Shown here: positions 10,333 to 22,490 of the stretch, piece after piece | How positions within the stretch are numbered: the stretch's first letter is position 1 | Layout of the letters: each line of letters opens with the position of its first letter | Source: Gammaproteobacteria bacterium | Lineage (GTDB): Bacteria > Pseudomonadota > Gammaproteobacteria > UBA4575 | NCBI GenBank assembly: GCA_965221955.1 | Contig: CBDCTA010000006.1 | Span: forward strand, 1 to 48,476 | Reading direction: 5' to 3' | Length of the DNA stretch: 48,476 bases | Position numbers and translations under genes: made by a program | The notes under the pieces: model-generated | Database searches by the model: none | The model's input: the letters and a program-made list of their open reading frames with translations, nothing else | Told to the model about the DNA's origin: nothing

Positions 10333-11084
10333 AATCTATACTTTTGGCATTCTTCTCTATATCTTTGTTTGTACAAACTGCTCACGCCGACCCTGCTTCT
10401 ATTTTAAATGCTAGCAATCTCCCACCTGAATTTGAAGCGAACTATGATGTGCATAAAGGCTCTCTGCGCGTTGGCAAAATGGAAGTTAGCCTGAAGAAAG
10501 TTGGCAATGAATTAATATATCAATCCACCACCAAACCTGTTGGTATGGCGGCTTTTTTTCTAGGTGACCAAGTGATTACGGACCGCACGGTTTTAAAGCT
10601 AATCGATGATCGCTATCATCCAATAGAATTCAAACATGAAATGAAAAATAGTGATAAAAATCGTAATGAATTTTACTCATTCGATTGGGAGAATAATAAG
10701 GCCTCTATTGAATATAGAGACAAAAAAAATCAAATAGATATTCCTAAATATACCTTTGACAATTATTCCGTACAGTTATTGCTTATGCGCAAACCAAATG
10801 GAGAAAGTAACAATACTGTTTATTCAGTAATATCCAAAGGTAGATTAAAAGAATACAACTACCAACGAGAGAAAAATGAATTTGTTACGACGAAAGTCGG
10901 TAAATTTGATACAAACAAATTTGTGCGCCGAAAAGATAACGATAAAAAAACAACTTACTATGGCTGGTATGCCGAGAAACTGAACTATATTCCTGTAAAA
11001 TTGGATAAATTTGAAAATGGAAAACTTGATGTTTCTATCCAATTAACCAGTGTTGAATGGCTAAATGAAAACACTGGAGAGTAA
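10329..11084 (+). CDS. DUF3108-like exported protein
   Basis: Signal peptide, beta-rich body, W.A..LNYIPVKL C-terminus; usual position after purN. Confidence 0.7.
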   Translation: MKSILLAFFSISLFVQTAHADPASILNASNLPPEFEANYDVHKGSLRVGKMEVSLKKVGNELIYQSTTKPVGMAAFFLGDQVITDRTVLKLIDDRYHPIEFKHEMKNSDKNRNEFYSFDWENNKASIEYRDKKNQIDIPKYTFDNYSVQLLLMRKPNGESNNTVYSVISKGRLKEYNYQREKNEFVTTKVGKFDTNKFVRRKDNDKKTTYYGWYAEKLNYIPVKLDKFENGKLDVSIQLTSVEWLNENTGE

Positions 11085-11087
11085 CGA

Positions 11088-12425
11088 CTAATTTCCCGCA
11101 ATCATCAAATCATCGACCAATAATGAAGGTGTAATAATATTGCTGCGCTGATCGACATCACTACCAACCGCAACAATTTTTTGATACATATCTTTTAGAT
11201 TACCTGCAATCGTAATTTCATCCACTGGATATTGTATTTCTCCGTTCTCTATCCAATAACCCACTGCACCTCGTGAATAATCACCGGTAACCGTATTGAC
11301 TCCATGGCCAATAAGCTCTGTAACTAACAATCCTTTTTGCATGTGTTGCATAAGTTGCTCTAAATTCTCGTTACCTGTCTGCATGGTTAAATTATGTATT
11401 CCGCCAGCGTTGCCGGTAGATTGCATGCCTAACTTCCTAGCCGAATAGCTACTTAACACATAGCCTTTCAATATTCCTTCATCGACTAATGTACGCGCTT
11501 GAGTCGCCACACCTTCTGAGTCAAAAGCACTACTTCCAAAACCACCTTTAATAAAAGGATCTTCAGTAATCGTAATTTGATCGGAAAAGACTTTTTTATC
11601 CAAGTGATCAATTAAAAATGAAGCTTTGCGATATAAAGCACCGCCGCTGATAGCAGAAATAAAATGCGATAATAACGAACGCGCCATATTGGCTTCAAAG
11701 ATAACAGGAGTCGTTTGCGTAGCAATCTTTCTAGCGCCCAGCCGATCTACGGTACGTTGTGCAGCTTTTTTACCAACACTTACTGCAGATTCTAATTTTT
11801 TCGCGTCACGTGTAGTGGTATACCAATAATCTCTTTGCATACCGCCATTTTGCTCAGCGACCACTACGCAAGATAGATTATGCCGTGTTGAGGTATAACT
11901 ACCGATAAAGCCATGTGTGTTAGCATAAATCGAAGTGCCACGTGATGTGGTAAGTGAAGCTCCTTCTGAATTTGAAATCTTATCTTCATCGCGCGCAGAA
12001 TTTTCACATTCGATTGCAATTTCTAGTGCTTCTTCGGGAGATAAACCCCAAGGATGATCCAAATCCAGATCTTGCACGTCTTTTGCCATTCGATTGGCAT
12101 CGGCCAAACCCGCACAATCATCTTCTTCAGTGAAGCTAGCAATATCACACGCCGCTGTGACGGCATCTTTAATTGCAGAAGATTCAAAATCTGTTGTACT
12201 CGCAGAGCCTTTCTTCTGCCCCATATAAATCGTAACGCCTAAACTACGATCATTATGGTGCTCTAACGTCTCCGCTTCACCTAAACGGGCTGTGACCGAC
12301 AAGCCATGCTCAACATTAATACTTACCTCGGCACTGCTTGCACCTTGTTGCTTTGCTTCATGCAAACATGATTGCACTAAATCTTCTAATTTATCTTTTG
12401 AATAGGGTGAAGGTTGAATATCCAT
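11088..12425 (-). CDS. pmbA: Metalloprotease PmbA (TldE)
   Basis: MQRDYWY, ISGGALYRKASFL, STGNAGG and VTGDYSRGA. Confidence 0.95.
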   Translation of the reverse strand: MDIQPSPYSKDKLEDLVQSCLHEAKQQGASSAEVSINVEHGLSVTARLGEAETLEHHNDRSLGVTIYMGQKKGSASTTDFESSAIKDAVTAACDIASFTEEDDCAGLADANRMAKDVQDLDLDHPWGLSPEEALEIAIECENSARDEDKISNSEGASLTTSRGTSIYANTHGFIGSYTSTRHNLSCVVVAEQNGGMQRDYWYTTTRDAKKLESAVSVGKKAAQRTVDRLGARKIATQTTPVIFEANMARSLLSHFISAISGGALYRKASFLIDHLDKKVFSDQITITEDPFIKGGFGSSAFDSEGVATQARTLVDEGILKGYVLSSYSARKLGMQSTGNAGGIHNLTMQTGNENLEQLMQHMQKGLLVTELIGHGVNTVTGDYSRGAVGYWIENGEIQYPVDEITIAGNLKDMYQKIVAVGSDVDQRSNIITPSLLVDDLMIAGN

Positions 12426-12440
12426 CTTTTTATTACTCGA

Positions 12441-13883
12441 TTATTGAGCCGTACCTCCTACAGTAATACCGTCAATACGTAAGGTAGGTTGACCGACACC
12501 TACTGGCACACTTTGTCCTTCTTTCCCACAAGTCCCTACACCTTGGTCTAATTGCAAGTCATTACCAATCATACTTACTCGAGTCAGTACATCAGGACCG
12601 TCACCAATTAGTGTTGCGCCTTTTACAGGTTTGGTAACTTTACCTTTTTCGATTAAGTACGCTTCAGATGCAGAAAATACAAATTTTCCTGACGTAATAT
12701 CGACTTGCCCACCACCAAAGTTCACTGCATAAAAGCCTGAATCTACCGAGCTTATAATTTCACCAGGATCGTGTTCACCCGCAAGCATGTAGGTGTTTGT
12801 CATACGCGGCATAGGTAAATGTGCATAGGATTCACGTCTACCATTTCCGGTAGATTCGGTTTTCGAAAGTTTTGCGTTCAATCTGTCTTGCATAAAGCTT
12901 TTAAGAATCCCGTCTTCAATCAATGTCGTGCATTGAGTTGTCGTACCTTCATCATCGATATTCAATGATCCTCTACGATTCTCTAAAGTCCCATCATCCA
13001 CAACTGTGACTCCTTTACTTGCTACACGCTCACCAACTCTCCCGCTAAATGCAGAAGTACCTTTGCGGGTAAAATCACCTTCTAATCCATGTCCGATCGC
13101 CTCATGCAGTAACACTCCTGGCCAACCTGGACCTAGCACAACATCCATCTCTCCTGCGGGCGCATCCACCGCTTCAAGGTTTAACAACGCCATACGTACA
13201 GCTTCATGCACGTAGGACTCTGCTCGATCTTCTTGAGTGAAAACCTCATATCCAAAACGTCCGCCGCCGCCAGCACTACCTTGTTCCAGCCTGCCTTGAT
13301 CTTCTGCAATAACTGATACATTAAGTCTCACTAATGGCCTTACATCTGCTGCCATTGAGCCATCACTATTCGCAACTAAAATAATTTCATGTGTGGCAGC
13401 AATCGATGCCATGACTTGCTTGATGCGTGGATCTTGTTTACGTGCTAGTACATCTAAAGAACGTAACAAATTGACTTTGTCCGACTTAGTAATTGAATCA
13501 AGTGGGTTATCCGGTAAATAGAGTTGATTCCCTGTGTTCGATTGCCACGCTTGTACCTGAGCATTTTGATTTCCTCGAGCGATCGCGCGCGCTGCTTTGC
13601 AAGATTCTAATAAAGCAGGAAATACAATTTCGTCTGAATATGCAAATCCTGTTTTGTCCTCTTTAATAGCACGAATACCAACGCCTTGATTAATATTATA
13701 ACTTGCATCTTTAACGATACCGTCCTCTAAAGACCAAGCTTCATGCTTACGCATTTGAAAATAAATATCGCCACTATCTGCAGACGAGTGCAATAAAGTC
13801 GAAAATGCTTGAGACAAATGAGATTCATCTAAACCAGAAGGTTCTAAGATGCTTGCTTTAGCAAGATCTAAAGAGTTTTGCAT
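12441..13883 (-). CDS. tldD: Metalloprotease TldD
   Basis: [22 protein letters not shown] and [15 protein letters not shown]. Confidence 0.97.
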   Translation of the reverse strand: MQNSLDLAKASILEPSGLDESHLSQAFSTLLHSSADSGDIYFQMRKHEAWSLEDGIVKDASYNINQGVGIRAIKEDKTGFAYSDEIVFPALLESCKAARAIARGNQNAQVQAWQSNTGNQLYLPDNPLDSITKSDKVNLLRSLDVLARKQDPRIKQVMASIAATHEIILVANSDGSMAADVRPLVRLNVSVIAEDQGRLEQGSAGGGGRFGYEVFTQEDRAESYVHEAVRMALLNLEAVDAPAGEMDVVLGPGWPGVLLHEAIGHGLEGDFTRKGTSAFSGRVGERVASKGVTVVDDGTLENRRGSLNIDDEGTTTQCTTLIEDGILKSFMQDRLNAKLSKTESTGNGRRESYAHLPMPRMTNTYMLAGEHDPGEIISSVDSGFYAVNFGGGQVDITSGKFVFSASEAYLIEKGKVTKPVKGATLIGDGPDVLTRVSMIGNDLQLDQGVGTCGKEGQSVPVGVGQPTLRIDGITVGGTAQ

Positions 13884-13919
13884 AATTTTTTTAAGTAGTT
13901 TTAGGTTATTTCATTCAGC

Positions 13920-14735
13920 TTATTTCATTCTTCTGTGTTCAATACACGGAAATGTTTTGCGTCTTGAATGTAAATAATCGAGATTGATATCAGCAATAGC
14001 AAATCCTGCACCATGTTTGATGCGATTTAATATTGCACCCCAGGGATCGACGATCATGCTATCACCATAGGTTGCGCGACCATTGATATGATAGCCACCC
14101 TGGCCGGATGCAATAATGTACATTAAATTTTCAATTGCACGTGCACGTAATAAACTTTCCCAATGTGCTTGACCCGTAGCGGCAGTAAAGGCTGCAGGTA
14201 ACACAACAATTTCTGCACCTAAATCTAATAGTGCTCGAAATAATTCTGGAAAACGCAAGTCATAACATACTGCTAAACCTATTTTACCAAAGGGCGAATC
14301 CACTACTTTTAAACCTAGACTACCAAACTCAATCGTCTCCGACTCATTATAACTCTCACCAGTATCCACTAGGTCTACATCAAACAAATGAATCTTGTCA
14401 TAACGTTCAACAAGATTGCCTTCATTGTTGTACACCAAGCAAGCCGCTAGAATTTTATTTGGATCATCACACACCAATGGTACAGTCCCACCCACTAGCC
14501 AAACATTATGTTGTTTTGCTTGTTCAGACAAAAATGCTTGAATAGGCCCGTCACCCTGTGTCTCGCGAACAGCGACTTTATCTTCCTCTTCGATACCCAT
14601 AATGGCAAAATTTTCGGGTAACACGACAAGCTCTGCACCTGCATCAGCAGCTTGAGAAATTAATCGACCCGCCTCTCGCAAATTAGCATCAACATTAGGG
14701 CTAGAAGCCATTTGAATTGCAGCAACTTTACTCAA
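13920..14735 (-). CDS. Carbon-nitrogen hydrolase (Nit1/deaminated-glutathione amidase-like)
   Basis: LPENF, YDKIHLFDV and VCYDLRFPE (Glu-Lys-Cys triad). Confidence 0.92.
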   Translation of the reverse strand: MSKVAAIQMASSPNVDANLREAGRLISQAADAGAELVVLPENFAIMGIEEEDKVAVRETQGDGPIQAFLSEQAKQHNVWLVGGTVPLVCDDPNKILAACLVYNNEGNLVERYDKIHLFDVDLVDTGESYNESETIEFGSLGLKVVDSPFGKIGLAVCYDLRFPELFRALLDLGAEIVVLPAAFTAATGQAHWESLLRARAIENLMYIIASGQGGYHINGRATYGDSMIVDPWGAILNRIKHGAGFAIADINLDYLHSRRKTFPCIEHRRMK

Positions 14736-14896
14736 TTTAATTCCATTTCTTTTGCTTGTAAAAAGGAACGCTATTATTGCATATTCTTAGTGTAGAACGG
14801 CTCTACTCAAGTAGGGATAAATAGGTATAAGTGTGATTTTTACTGACTAAAAATAATGCTCTACGGTGTTGCTCGATCAGCTTTTACTTTAGGTTG

Positions 14897-17800
14897 CTAT
14901 GGCTGAGATGGAGGAAGAGCGGTTGAGGGTTGACCTTGGGTCGCTTGGTTTTTTTCTGCGACTTGTTTCGCAATCGGTTCAATTTTAGGTTCTTCCCAAC
15001 TTCCTGTCATGCTGTACTTTACTTGAGTAACTTTGTCTACATCCATTCCAATTGTCTTCGCTATTTTTTCGCCCACAATTACTCCTACAGCACCCAATGG
15101 CCCTCCAACCGCTAAACCAATCCAAGGAAGCCCACCACTGACGTGTGGAGTAACCGTTACGACTTGATCATAATCTTTAGCTGTGACGCCTGTTCTTCCT
15201 TGAATTAATATATCTGCAGATGGTCCTTTAATTTTTAAGTTTTCAGTCGTTAAATTTGCATCTTTAAAAGCTAAGTCACCTCGAATTTTGTCGAATGAAT
15301 AACCTTTAGAAAAAAAATCAGTGAAATCTAAAGACAAGCGACGAGTAATTTCACTTAAATTAACTAACCCAATTAAACGTCCAGCCCCACCTGGCTCAAC
15401 CGAAGAAACTGCACCATCTTTAAACCTAAGATTAGCATTACCTATTACAGAAGCTAACGAAAATTGGTAAGGTGCTTTTGGCCAAGTAAAATTAGCAGTT
15501 ACGCTACCCTCTCCTCCTAATATTGCACTATCAAAGCCTAATCCTGTCAGAGAGTTCTGTATATTTTTTGTTTGCAAACTAATTGCAAGCTTAGTGCTTT
15601 GAGAATCATCTGCTTCAACATCCCAGCTACCATGTGCAGATACATGCAAGTCATTACCTTTGCCTTGCAATGAATCTATAGTCAAACCATTTACGGATGG
15701 TTTTGTTTTAAGGCTAACATCTGTAAATACAGCATCTTTATATTCAAATCGGTTTGTATTCACAACCAATGTTGGCAAGCTACGCGGATCAAAATCTGTC
15801 GAACGTTCTTTAGATTGTGTACTTGGCGCATTAAAACGTATGTATTCAAAATTAGCCGTAGCTACACTTCCACTATCCGTATCAATAGGATATTCGAACT
15901 GACCTTTAACAATTGATGAATTAATATTTCCTGACCAAAATTGAGTATGCTTCTCAACACTAAAATCTACATTGTCGAGTTTTAAATTTCCCAATGACAC
16001 TTGATTGATAGACAAATCAATTTCATTTACAGCGATATCATTATCTTTTTCTGAATTTAACAATTCTCGCCACTGTGATAAATCTAATTGTTTAAGTCTG
16101 CCAGAAATTTTAATACCAGATTTTGGCAATATGAATTGCTCATTACCCATACGCACTTCCATTTTGGATAACTTGCTTGATTCTTTATCAAGAATCGCTT
16201 GCATGAAAACCTGACTATTTAAATTCGCAAAAATTTTGCTATCTTCACCTTGTTGATGCTGCGTATGTATTGCTAGTTGCCTTGATTCATCAAACTTCTT
16301 TTCAAAAGGTTCTGGCAACGCTATCTTTGTGCCATATAGATTGCTTTCAACACCAACTCTTAAGGCTTTATCTCTAGTATTTTTACCAAACCGAGGAATA
16401 TCAATTTCAGCAGTTACGGGGGCCAAGCCCTTCAAATATTTATTGAGTTGGGTATAGTTCGTAGCTAAATAGCTATCGAGATCCAATTCTCCTGTTAAAA
16501 ACACTTTGGTACGTCCAGAGTCCGATTTTTTAGCCCTTGCTGTTATTTTTGCACCATACAGGTCAGCAGTTAACCCCTCTCCTTCTGCTCCATTTTTATC
16601 AAAACGCAGCTTGCCATTTAATTTAGTAAACGGTAGAGACAACGCATTTACGTTGATACCTGCATTTTCAAATTCAACTACACCGCTTACCAAACGTTGT
16701 TTTTCTAGTTTCTTCGATAGTGTAATCACTAAATCCAAATCAAGTTTTGAACGGCCACTCGCAGTAATATGCTTTACCACTTTACTGTTTTTTGGAAGCA
16801 ATGAAGATTGTTGTAAATATTCCAATATGTTTTTCGCAGGTCCAATAGCGTTTCCATTAATAACTAGCCTTGGCAATTTTAAATCTTCAATCTCTGCCTG
16901 AACATGACTCAGCGAAGAATCTAAAATTGAGCCTTGTTGTGCGTTTAATACCAAATAATTATTATTAATTTCAAAATTAGCTGCGATATTACTTGCGCTG
17001 GGCCAATCCGGTCGATATTCAAGAAGCCCATCTTCGATCTCTGTAACTATTTGAAAGCGGCCCGGCTTATTTTTAAATGGGAAATTTTTTGGATTACCAT
17101 GAATCATCAATTTACCGTTTTTAAGTATGCCTCCTGCAATACTCTCATTAAGCCATTTTGACAATTTAGGTTTCATACGCTTATAAGGCAAATATTGTTT
17201 AATTGTCTCAGCTTGTACTACTGGAATAGCTAACTGCATATCAACGTATGGCTTGTCATTAATGATACGAGCAATCCCTTGTACACTGGCATGCATTTCA
17301 TTCGAACTTACTAAAATTTTTTGCAATGCAAATAGTTTATCGTCATTTTGAATTTTCCAGCCTAATACACCAGAAATATTTTGATTCTCTAGAGGCTGAT
17401 TTAATAATTTATTTAGAACGATTGTAGTAGACTCTGAAGTAAGTTCGATACTGCCCTGCTGATGGTCGCCGCCCACTTTTCCATCCACAGAGGATGCAGA
17501 AAATTCATATTCAGGAATCTCAATACTTAAGTCTTGTAATGACGCCTGATAATCATACTTATAAACTTGTTGTTCATTGAATTCAGCCAGTAGTTTTGAG
17601 TTCAACAACTCACCATGGAGTTCTACTTTATTCAGCACTTCTTTCAAGCGCTCAGCAATATAAGGAAAATGCTGCAACGTAACGATCAGTTGATCAATAT
17701 TCAAATAATCTAACGCTGTTGAAAGCATGAGTCTCTGATCATCACAACCTTGACAGCTAATTTCATACTGCTTGCCAGGCCAAGTATGCTCAGGTGTTTG

Positions 17801-18761
17801 AATAGTGACCTCATCTAAAGCCAACTTCCAATTATTAATGTCTCCTTTAAACTGAAATTGTGTATCTATAGAAGTAATTTCCTTATTTTTCGCAACATCC
17901 ATTATATGTGTACTGGCATTTCGATAAACTAACTCACGTAAACTGAAACCCCCCACCAAGGTACGATTTGATAAAGAGTTAAAGTCCCCCCATATTTGAA
18001 AATCAGATACACCTTTTTTTACTCCAACCTGGATTTTAGGGAAAAAGTCATTTATTAACTCAAGATTGATACGCTCACCCTTACTATAGAGCTTTGCCTT
18101 TAATATTTTTTAAGCCTTTATCTAAATCTCGTATATCTGCAACAAGCTCTAACGATTTTCCCAAAGTCTCGGGCAAAATGAGTTTAGATGAAACTTTAAA
18201 ATACTCACCTGAAAATCCAAGCGCTATATCCACTCGATCAAAAAAATAGTTTAAATCTTTTGTCTCATCACTTATCCATATAGTGCTGTCTAATAAATTA
18301 ATATTAAATCTACTTTCTTTATCTAATTGCTTTTTTCTCGCAAGGCGTTCACTTATATCAATCCCATTTAAAATTATTTTTTCTTCTGAAGATCGCACTA
18401 CCTCAAGATTACCACCAATAAAGGTTAATTCTTTAAAGGCAATATTTCTCTGCACTAAACTCTTTAGTAAATCTAAAGATATAACTGCTTCATCAACATT
18501 TAATAATTGATCATAATGACTTTCATCCTCATAAATAGATAAATTTTCAGCGGTAATGAATGGTGTAATACCATGCCAATCAATACGAATCGAATCCACA
18601 TCGACAGGTTTACCTAATATCAAAGAGATGTTTTCTTGAATTGCGGGCAAGTATTTTTGGTATAACTCTGGATAACCACGTGCAACGCTAATAACTAAGG
18701 CAAGAATTAGTAAAGCCGCAACAATTAGATACCAAATACCTAAAAATAATTTTTGCAACAT
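14897..18761 (-). CDS. yhdp: YhdP (AsmA-family phospholipid transport protein), split by one indel near 18092
   Basis: N-terminal TM anchor, C-terminal RRLSLDFTDFFSKGYSFD...Y.MTGSWEEP; lies between rng and the nitrilase; the frame is open from ~18090 into ORF 14897..17959. Confidence 0.92.
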
Positions 18762-18772
18762 AATATTGATTT

Positions 18773-20278
18773 TTATAAAGGCACTACGTCAAATTGTTCT
18801 TGCGAATACAGTGATTCCACCTGCAATTTAATGGTTTTACCTATATAGTCTTCCAATTCGGCAAGGCTCGTTGACTCCTCATCGAGTAATAAATCCACTA
18901 CAGGTTGAGACGCCAAAACTAGCAATTCGTTCGTTTCATATTGCCGGGCTTCGCGCATAATTTCGCGAAATAGCTCAAAACAAACCGTTTCTGCGGTTTT
19001 AATATAACCTCGCCCAGAACAAGTAGCACAAGATTCACACAGAACATGCTCTAAACTCTCGCGCGTACGTTTACGCGTCATTTCTACTAAACCAAGCGGC
19101 GAGACTTCACATACCTGGCTCTTAGCTCGATCTTTATCCAAGGATTTTTCAAATACACGCATGACTTGACGTTTATGCTCGTCATCTTCCATATCGATAA
19201 AATCGATGATAATGATGCCACCAAGATTGCGTAAGCGTAGCTGTCTAGCAATTGCTTGTGCGGCTTCAAGGTTTGTTTTATAGATGGTCTCTTCCAAATT
19301 ACGATGCCCAACAAAACCACCCGTATTAATATCAATGGTCGTCATCGCTTCGGTTTGATCAAAGATTAAATACCCTCCCGATTTCAGCGCAACTTTTCTA
19401 TGCAAAGCCTTTTGTAATTCATCTTCTATTGAATATAGATCAAAAATCGGTCGACTTCCTGAATATCGTTTTACACTTGTTGCAAGCTCTGGAACAAGTT
19501 TTTCCGCGAACTCTTTTACTGTTTCATAAGTAATACGGGAATCAATACGTATCTCTTCAATATCTTCTACAGATAAATCTCTCAGCGTACGTACTGCTAA
19601 CGGTAAATCAGAATATACTTCGTCTATCGATGCAACTTGATTAACCTTTTCAACAATAGTGGCCCAAAGATTAAGTAAAAATTTTAAATCTCGCTTTAAC
19701 TCTTCTTCTCCAACACCTTCTGCTGCAGTACGTAAAATACAGCCACAATTAGCATCAAACTCATTTAAAAGATTTTTCGTAGTAGTACTTAACCGTTCGC
19801 GTTCTAATTCATCTTCGATTCGTGTTGAGATACGCACATCATTTGAATAAGGCAATAACACCATATAACGTGAAGGTACGGTTATATTTGTAGTTAAGCG
19901 TGCTCCTTTAGTTCCTAACTGATCTTTAACAACCTGTACAAGTAATTGTTGACCCTCATGCAACAAACTCGTTATGTTGTCATTCATGGATTGTAAAATC
20001 GTTTCATCAGGTCGACTGACTTCCTCTTGCTGATTGCGAGAGCTTTTAGGCAAAAAAGCAACATCAGAGCTATGAATAAAGGCTGCTTTAGATAAACCAA
20101 TATCTACAAAAGCTGCATCCATACCTGGCATCACACGACTCACACATCCTTTAAATATGTTGCCAACCAAGCCTTGTTTACTCACACGTTCTATCTGTAC
20201 TTCCTGTAATACTCCATTTTCAACGATGGCTACACGTGTTTCTTGCGGGGTCACATTGATTAAAATTTCTTCACTCAT
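18773..20278 (-). CDS. rng: Ribonuclease G
   Basis: MSEEILINVTPQETRVA, S1 domain, IDINTG and LRLRNLGGIIIIDFIDM. Confidence 0.97.
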   Translation of the reverse strand: MSEEILINVTPQETRVAIVENGVLQEVQIERVSKQGLVGNIFKGCVSRVMPGMDAAFVDIGLSKAAFIHSSDVAFLPKSSRNQQEEVSRPDETILQSMNDNITSLLHEGQQLLVQVVKDQLGTKGARLTTNITVPSRYMVLLPYSNDVRISTRIEDELERERLSTTTKNLLNEFDANCGCILRTAAEGVGEEELKRDLKFLLNLWATIVEKVNQVASIDEVYSDLPLAVRTLRDLSVEDIEEIRIDSRITYETVKEFAEKLVPELATSVKRYSGSRPIFDLYSIEDELQKALHRKVALKSGGYLIFDQTEAMTTIDINTGGFVGHRNLEETIYKTNLEAAQAIARQLRLRNLGGIIIIDFIDMEDDEHKRQVMRVFEKSLDKDRAKSQVCEVSPLGLVEMTRKRTRESLEHVLCESCATCSGRGYIKTAETVCFELFREIMREARQYETNELLVLASQPVVDLLLDEESTSLAELEDYIGKTIKLQVESLYSQEQFDVVPL

Positions 20279-20308
20279 AACTTATTGTACCTAGGCACCG
20301 CTAGAAAA

Positions 20309-20887
20309 CTATAAATTTGCTCGCTTTAATAACTGTGACACTTCGAGTAATGGGAGCCCCACCACATTGGTATAGCTTCCCGATATATATTCCACAAATT
20401 TTGCTGCTTGCCCCTGAATTGCATAGGCACCTGCCTTGTCATAAGGCTCACTGGTTAGGCAATAAGCATTTATTTCATCATCAGCAAGCTGTCTGAACTT
20501 GACTTTAGTTTGAACATTAGCTTGATAATCATTACTGGCATGCTTAAGACAAATTCCAGTGATTACATCATGCTCATTTAACGATAGCTCTTGTAAAATA
20601 CTTTTTGCATGCTGAGAGTTTTCCGGTTTTCCAATCACTTTCCCATGCAACGAAATGATGGTATCGGCTGCTAATACAGCTTGCTTGTCGCTCAACGATT
20701 CATACACTACTTGCGCTTTAGTGCGCGCCAGGCGGCTTGAATATTCAGCTGGATGCTCATTTTCCATTAATGATTCATCTATATTTGGTTTTTGTACACT
20801 GTAACGCAAATTAAGCCGACTCAATAACTGATGCCGACGACTTGAACCTGAAGCCAGGATAAGCCTCTCTAACAACAAATTAGACAT
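20309..20887 (-). CDS. maf: Maf-family nucleotide pyrophosphatase (YhdE type)
   Basis: LILASGSSRR, ADTII, DKAGAYAIQG and NVVGLP. Confidence 0.93.
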   Translation of the reverse strand: MSNLLLERLILASGSSRRHQLLSRLNLRYSVQKPNIDESLMENEHPAEYSSRLARTKAQVVYESLSDKQAVLAADTIISLHGKVIGKPENSQHAKSILQELSLNEHDVITGICLKHASNDYQANVQTKVKFRQLADDEINAYCLTSEPYDKAGAYAIQGQAAKFVEYISGSYTNVVGLPLLEVSQLLKRANL

Positions 20888-20920
20888 AACAATGAATAAT
20901 GAAGGACTAATTGTTCGGTA

Positions 20921-21391
20921 CTATTCCCGATGATAGGGGTGCCCCTGAATCACAGTCCAGGCGCGATATAACTGTTCTACTAATACTAGACGTACTAGCA
21001 TGTGCGGCATCGTCAGCGCCGATAATGACCACACGGCATCAACTTGCTCAAGAAAATCATCTGTAAATCCATCAGGCCCACCTATATATAAATTAACAAC
21101 TGGAATATTTTGCAACCATGCCTCTAATTGAGTAACTAGCTTTGCAGTACTCCATGTCTTTCCTTTTTCATCTAAAGCAATGCGATAACTATTTTTTGCG
21201 CTAGCTTTGAACAATAAGTTTTGTTCACGTTCTTGTGCCTTGAGGATGGAAATATTTTTTGTACGTTTTGTTGTCGAAACAGTAATGATTTTTACCGAAC
21301 ATTCATTCGGCATGCGTGCAAGATATTCATTAATCCCTGTATCTACCCAACTTGGTGTTTTGTCGCCAACTGCTAAAATATTTATTTGCAC
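20921..21391 (-). CDS. rlmH: 23S rRNA pseudouridine-1915 N3-methyltransferase
   Basis: IGGPDG...WSLSALTMPH...EQLYRAW...HPYHRE. Confidence 0.96.
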   Translation of the reverse strand: MQINILAVGDKTPSWVDTGINEYLARMPNECSVKIITVSTTKRTKNISILKAQEREQNLLFKASAKNSYRIALDEKGKTWSTAKLVTQLEAWLQNIPVVNLYIGGPDGFTDDFLEQVDAVWSLSALTMPHMLVRLVLVEQLYRAWTVIQGHPYHRE

Positions 21392-21402
21392 GGCTATGTT
21401 AT

Positions 21403-21741
21403 TTATAAAACTTGCTTCTGATCAGAACCAATTTGCCAAAGTTTTTCTAAACTATAAAAATCACGCGTTTCCTCTAACATCACATGCACAATAACATCAT
21501 ATAAATCGACTAACACCCACGATCGATCTTGCTCTACTCCAAGCACATCAAGACTTTTTGCTTTGGCATCCATCACTAAACGATCCGCTAACGATTTTAC
21601 ATGGCGATCTGACGTACCCGTGACTATGATCATAGTGTCAAATACGTCTGTTTTTCCTTGCGTATCAATTACAGTGATATCTTTACCTTTCATTTCTTCA
21701 AGAGCATGCACTGCGATTTCAACGCTATTATTATTTTTCAT
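21403..21741 (-). CDS. rsfS: Ribosome silencing factor
   Basis: LEEMKGKDI...GTSDRHV...WVLVDL.DVIVHVM...RDFYSLEKLW. Confidence 0.95.
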   Translation of the reverse strand: MKNNNSVEIAVHALEEMKGKDITVIDTQGKTDVFDTMIIVTGTSDRHVKSLADRLVMDAKAKSLDVLGVEQDRSWVLVDLYDVIVHVMLEETRDFYSLEKLWQIGSDQKQVL

Positions 21742-21761
21742 AAAAGTTATGGGATTGATTA

Positions 21762-22391
21762 TTATTTATATAATTTATTGCGTTTAATATAGTTCCACAC
21801 ATTACCTGGTATAACATATCTCGGCTGTTCACCATCAGCGATCGTTCTTCTAATTTGTGTTGATGAGATATCAATTTTTTCTAGGTCACTTAGAAAAATT
21901 TTTCCATATGCCGTATCCGTTAACAAAGCAATATCTTCTACCATACATGAATTAATATAGTCTTTCTCGCAACCCGATTCGGGTAGGGTATAACCAGGGC
22001 GTTGCAATATCATCAAGTGACAATAGGATAAGATATTTTCGTAATGATGCCATTGACAAAATTTCAAATAAGCATCTATCCCTAAAATTAAGACCAACGA
22101 TTTTTTATCACCAAATCTCTCACGTAATTCAATCAAAGTATCAATTGTATAGGAAGGTGCGTGACGTTTTAACTCGCAATCGTCAACCATCAACTTTTCA
22201 TGACTATTAGCGATTAAACTTAACATTTGCCAACGATGCTCAGCACTCGCATACACTTTGTTTTTATGTGGAGATTGTTGACAAGGAATAAAGCGTATTT
22301 GCTCAAAGTCAAAATTCTCTAGCAATGCCAAAGCTGTTTTTATATGGCCAAAATGAACAGGGTCAAAACTCCCACCAAAAATACCGATCAT
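21762..22391 (-). CDS. nadD: Nicotinate-nucleotide adenylyltransferase
   Basis: IFGGSFDPVHFGH, SYTIDTL and DISSTQIR. Confidence 0.96.
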   Translation of the reverse strand: MIGIFGGSFDPVHFGHIKTALALLENFDFEQIRFIPCQQSPHKNKVYASAEHRWQMLSLIANSHEKLMVDDCELKRHAPSYTIDTLIELRERFGDKKSLVLILGIDAYLKFCQWHHYENILSYCHLMILQRPGYTLPESGCEKDYINSCMVEDIALLTDTAYGKIFLSDLEKIDISSTQIRRTIADGEQPRYVIPGNVWNYIKRNKLYK

Positions 22392-22490
22392 ATAAATTTC
22401 GCAAGATCAGGATCGAAAGAACCGCCGAAAATACCTAACATAAATTACCTGCAGAACCAGGGTCAAGACTCCCACCAAAAATACCTTTCG
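22341..22490 (-). repeat. Three 50-bp-periodic copies of the nadD 5' end
   Basis: Core CAGG(G/A)TC...CC.CC.AAAATACC recurs at 22358, 22408 and 22458. Confidence 0.85.
22388..22441 (-). CDS. 17-aa uORF MLGIFGGSFDPDLAKFI resembling the NadD N-terminus; stop overlaps the nadD start (ATGA)
   Basis: ATG at 22441 preceded by AGGT 5 nt upstream; TGA at 22388-22390. Translation is inferred, not shown. Confidence 0.5.
   Translation of the reverse strand: MLGIFGGSFDPDLAKFI

Noticed and set aside
11088-13883. TldD/PmbA as part of a RiPP cluster
   Set aside because: Standard rng-yhdP-nitrilase-tldD context; no precursor or YcaO gene.
22341-22490. Mini CRISPR array
   Set aside because: The repeat unit is nadD coding sequence, the copies are divergent, the spacers are only ~22 nt and no cas genes are present.
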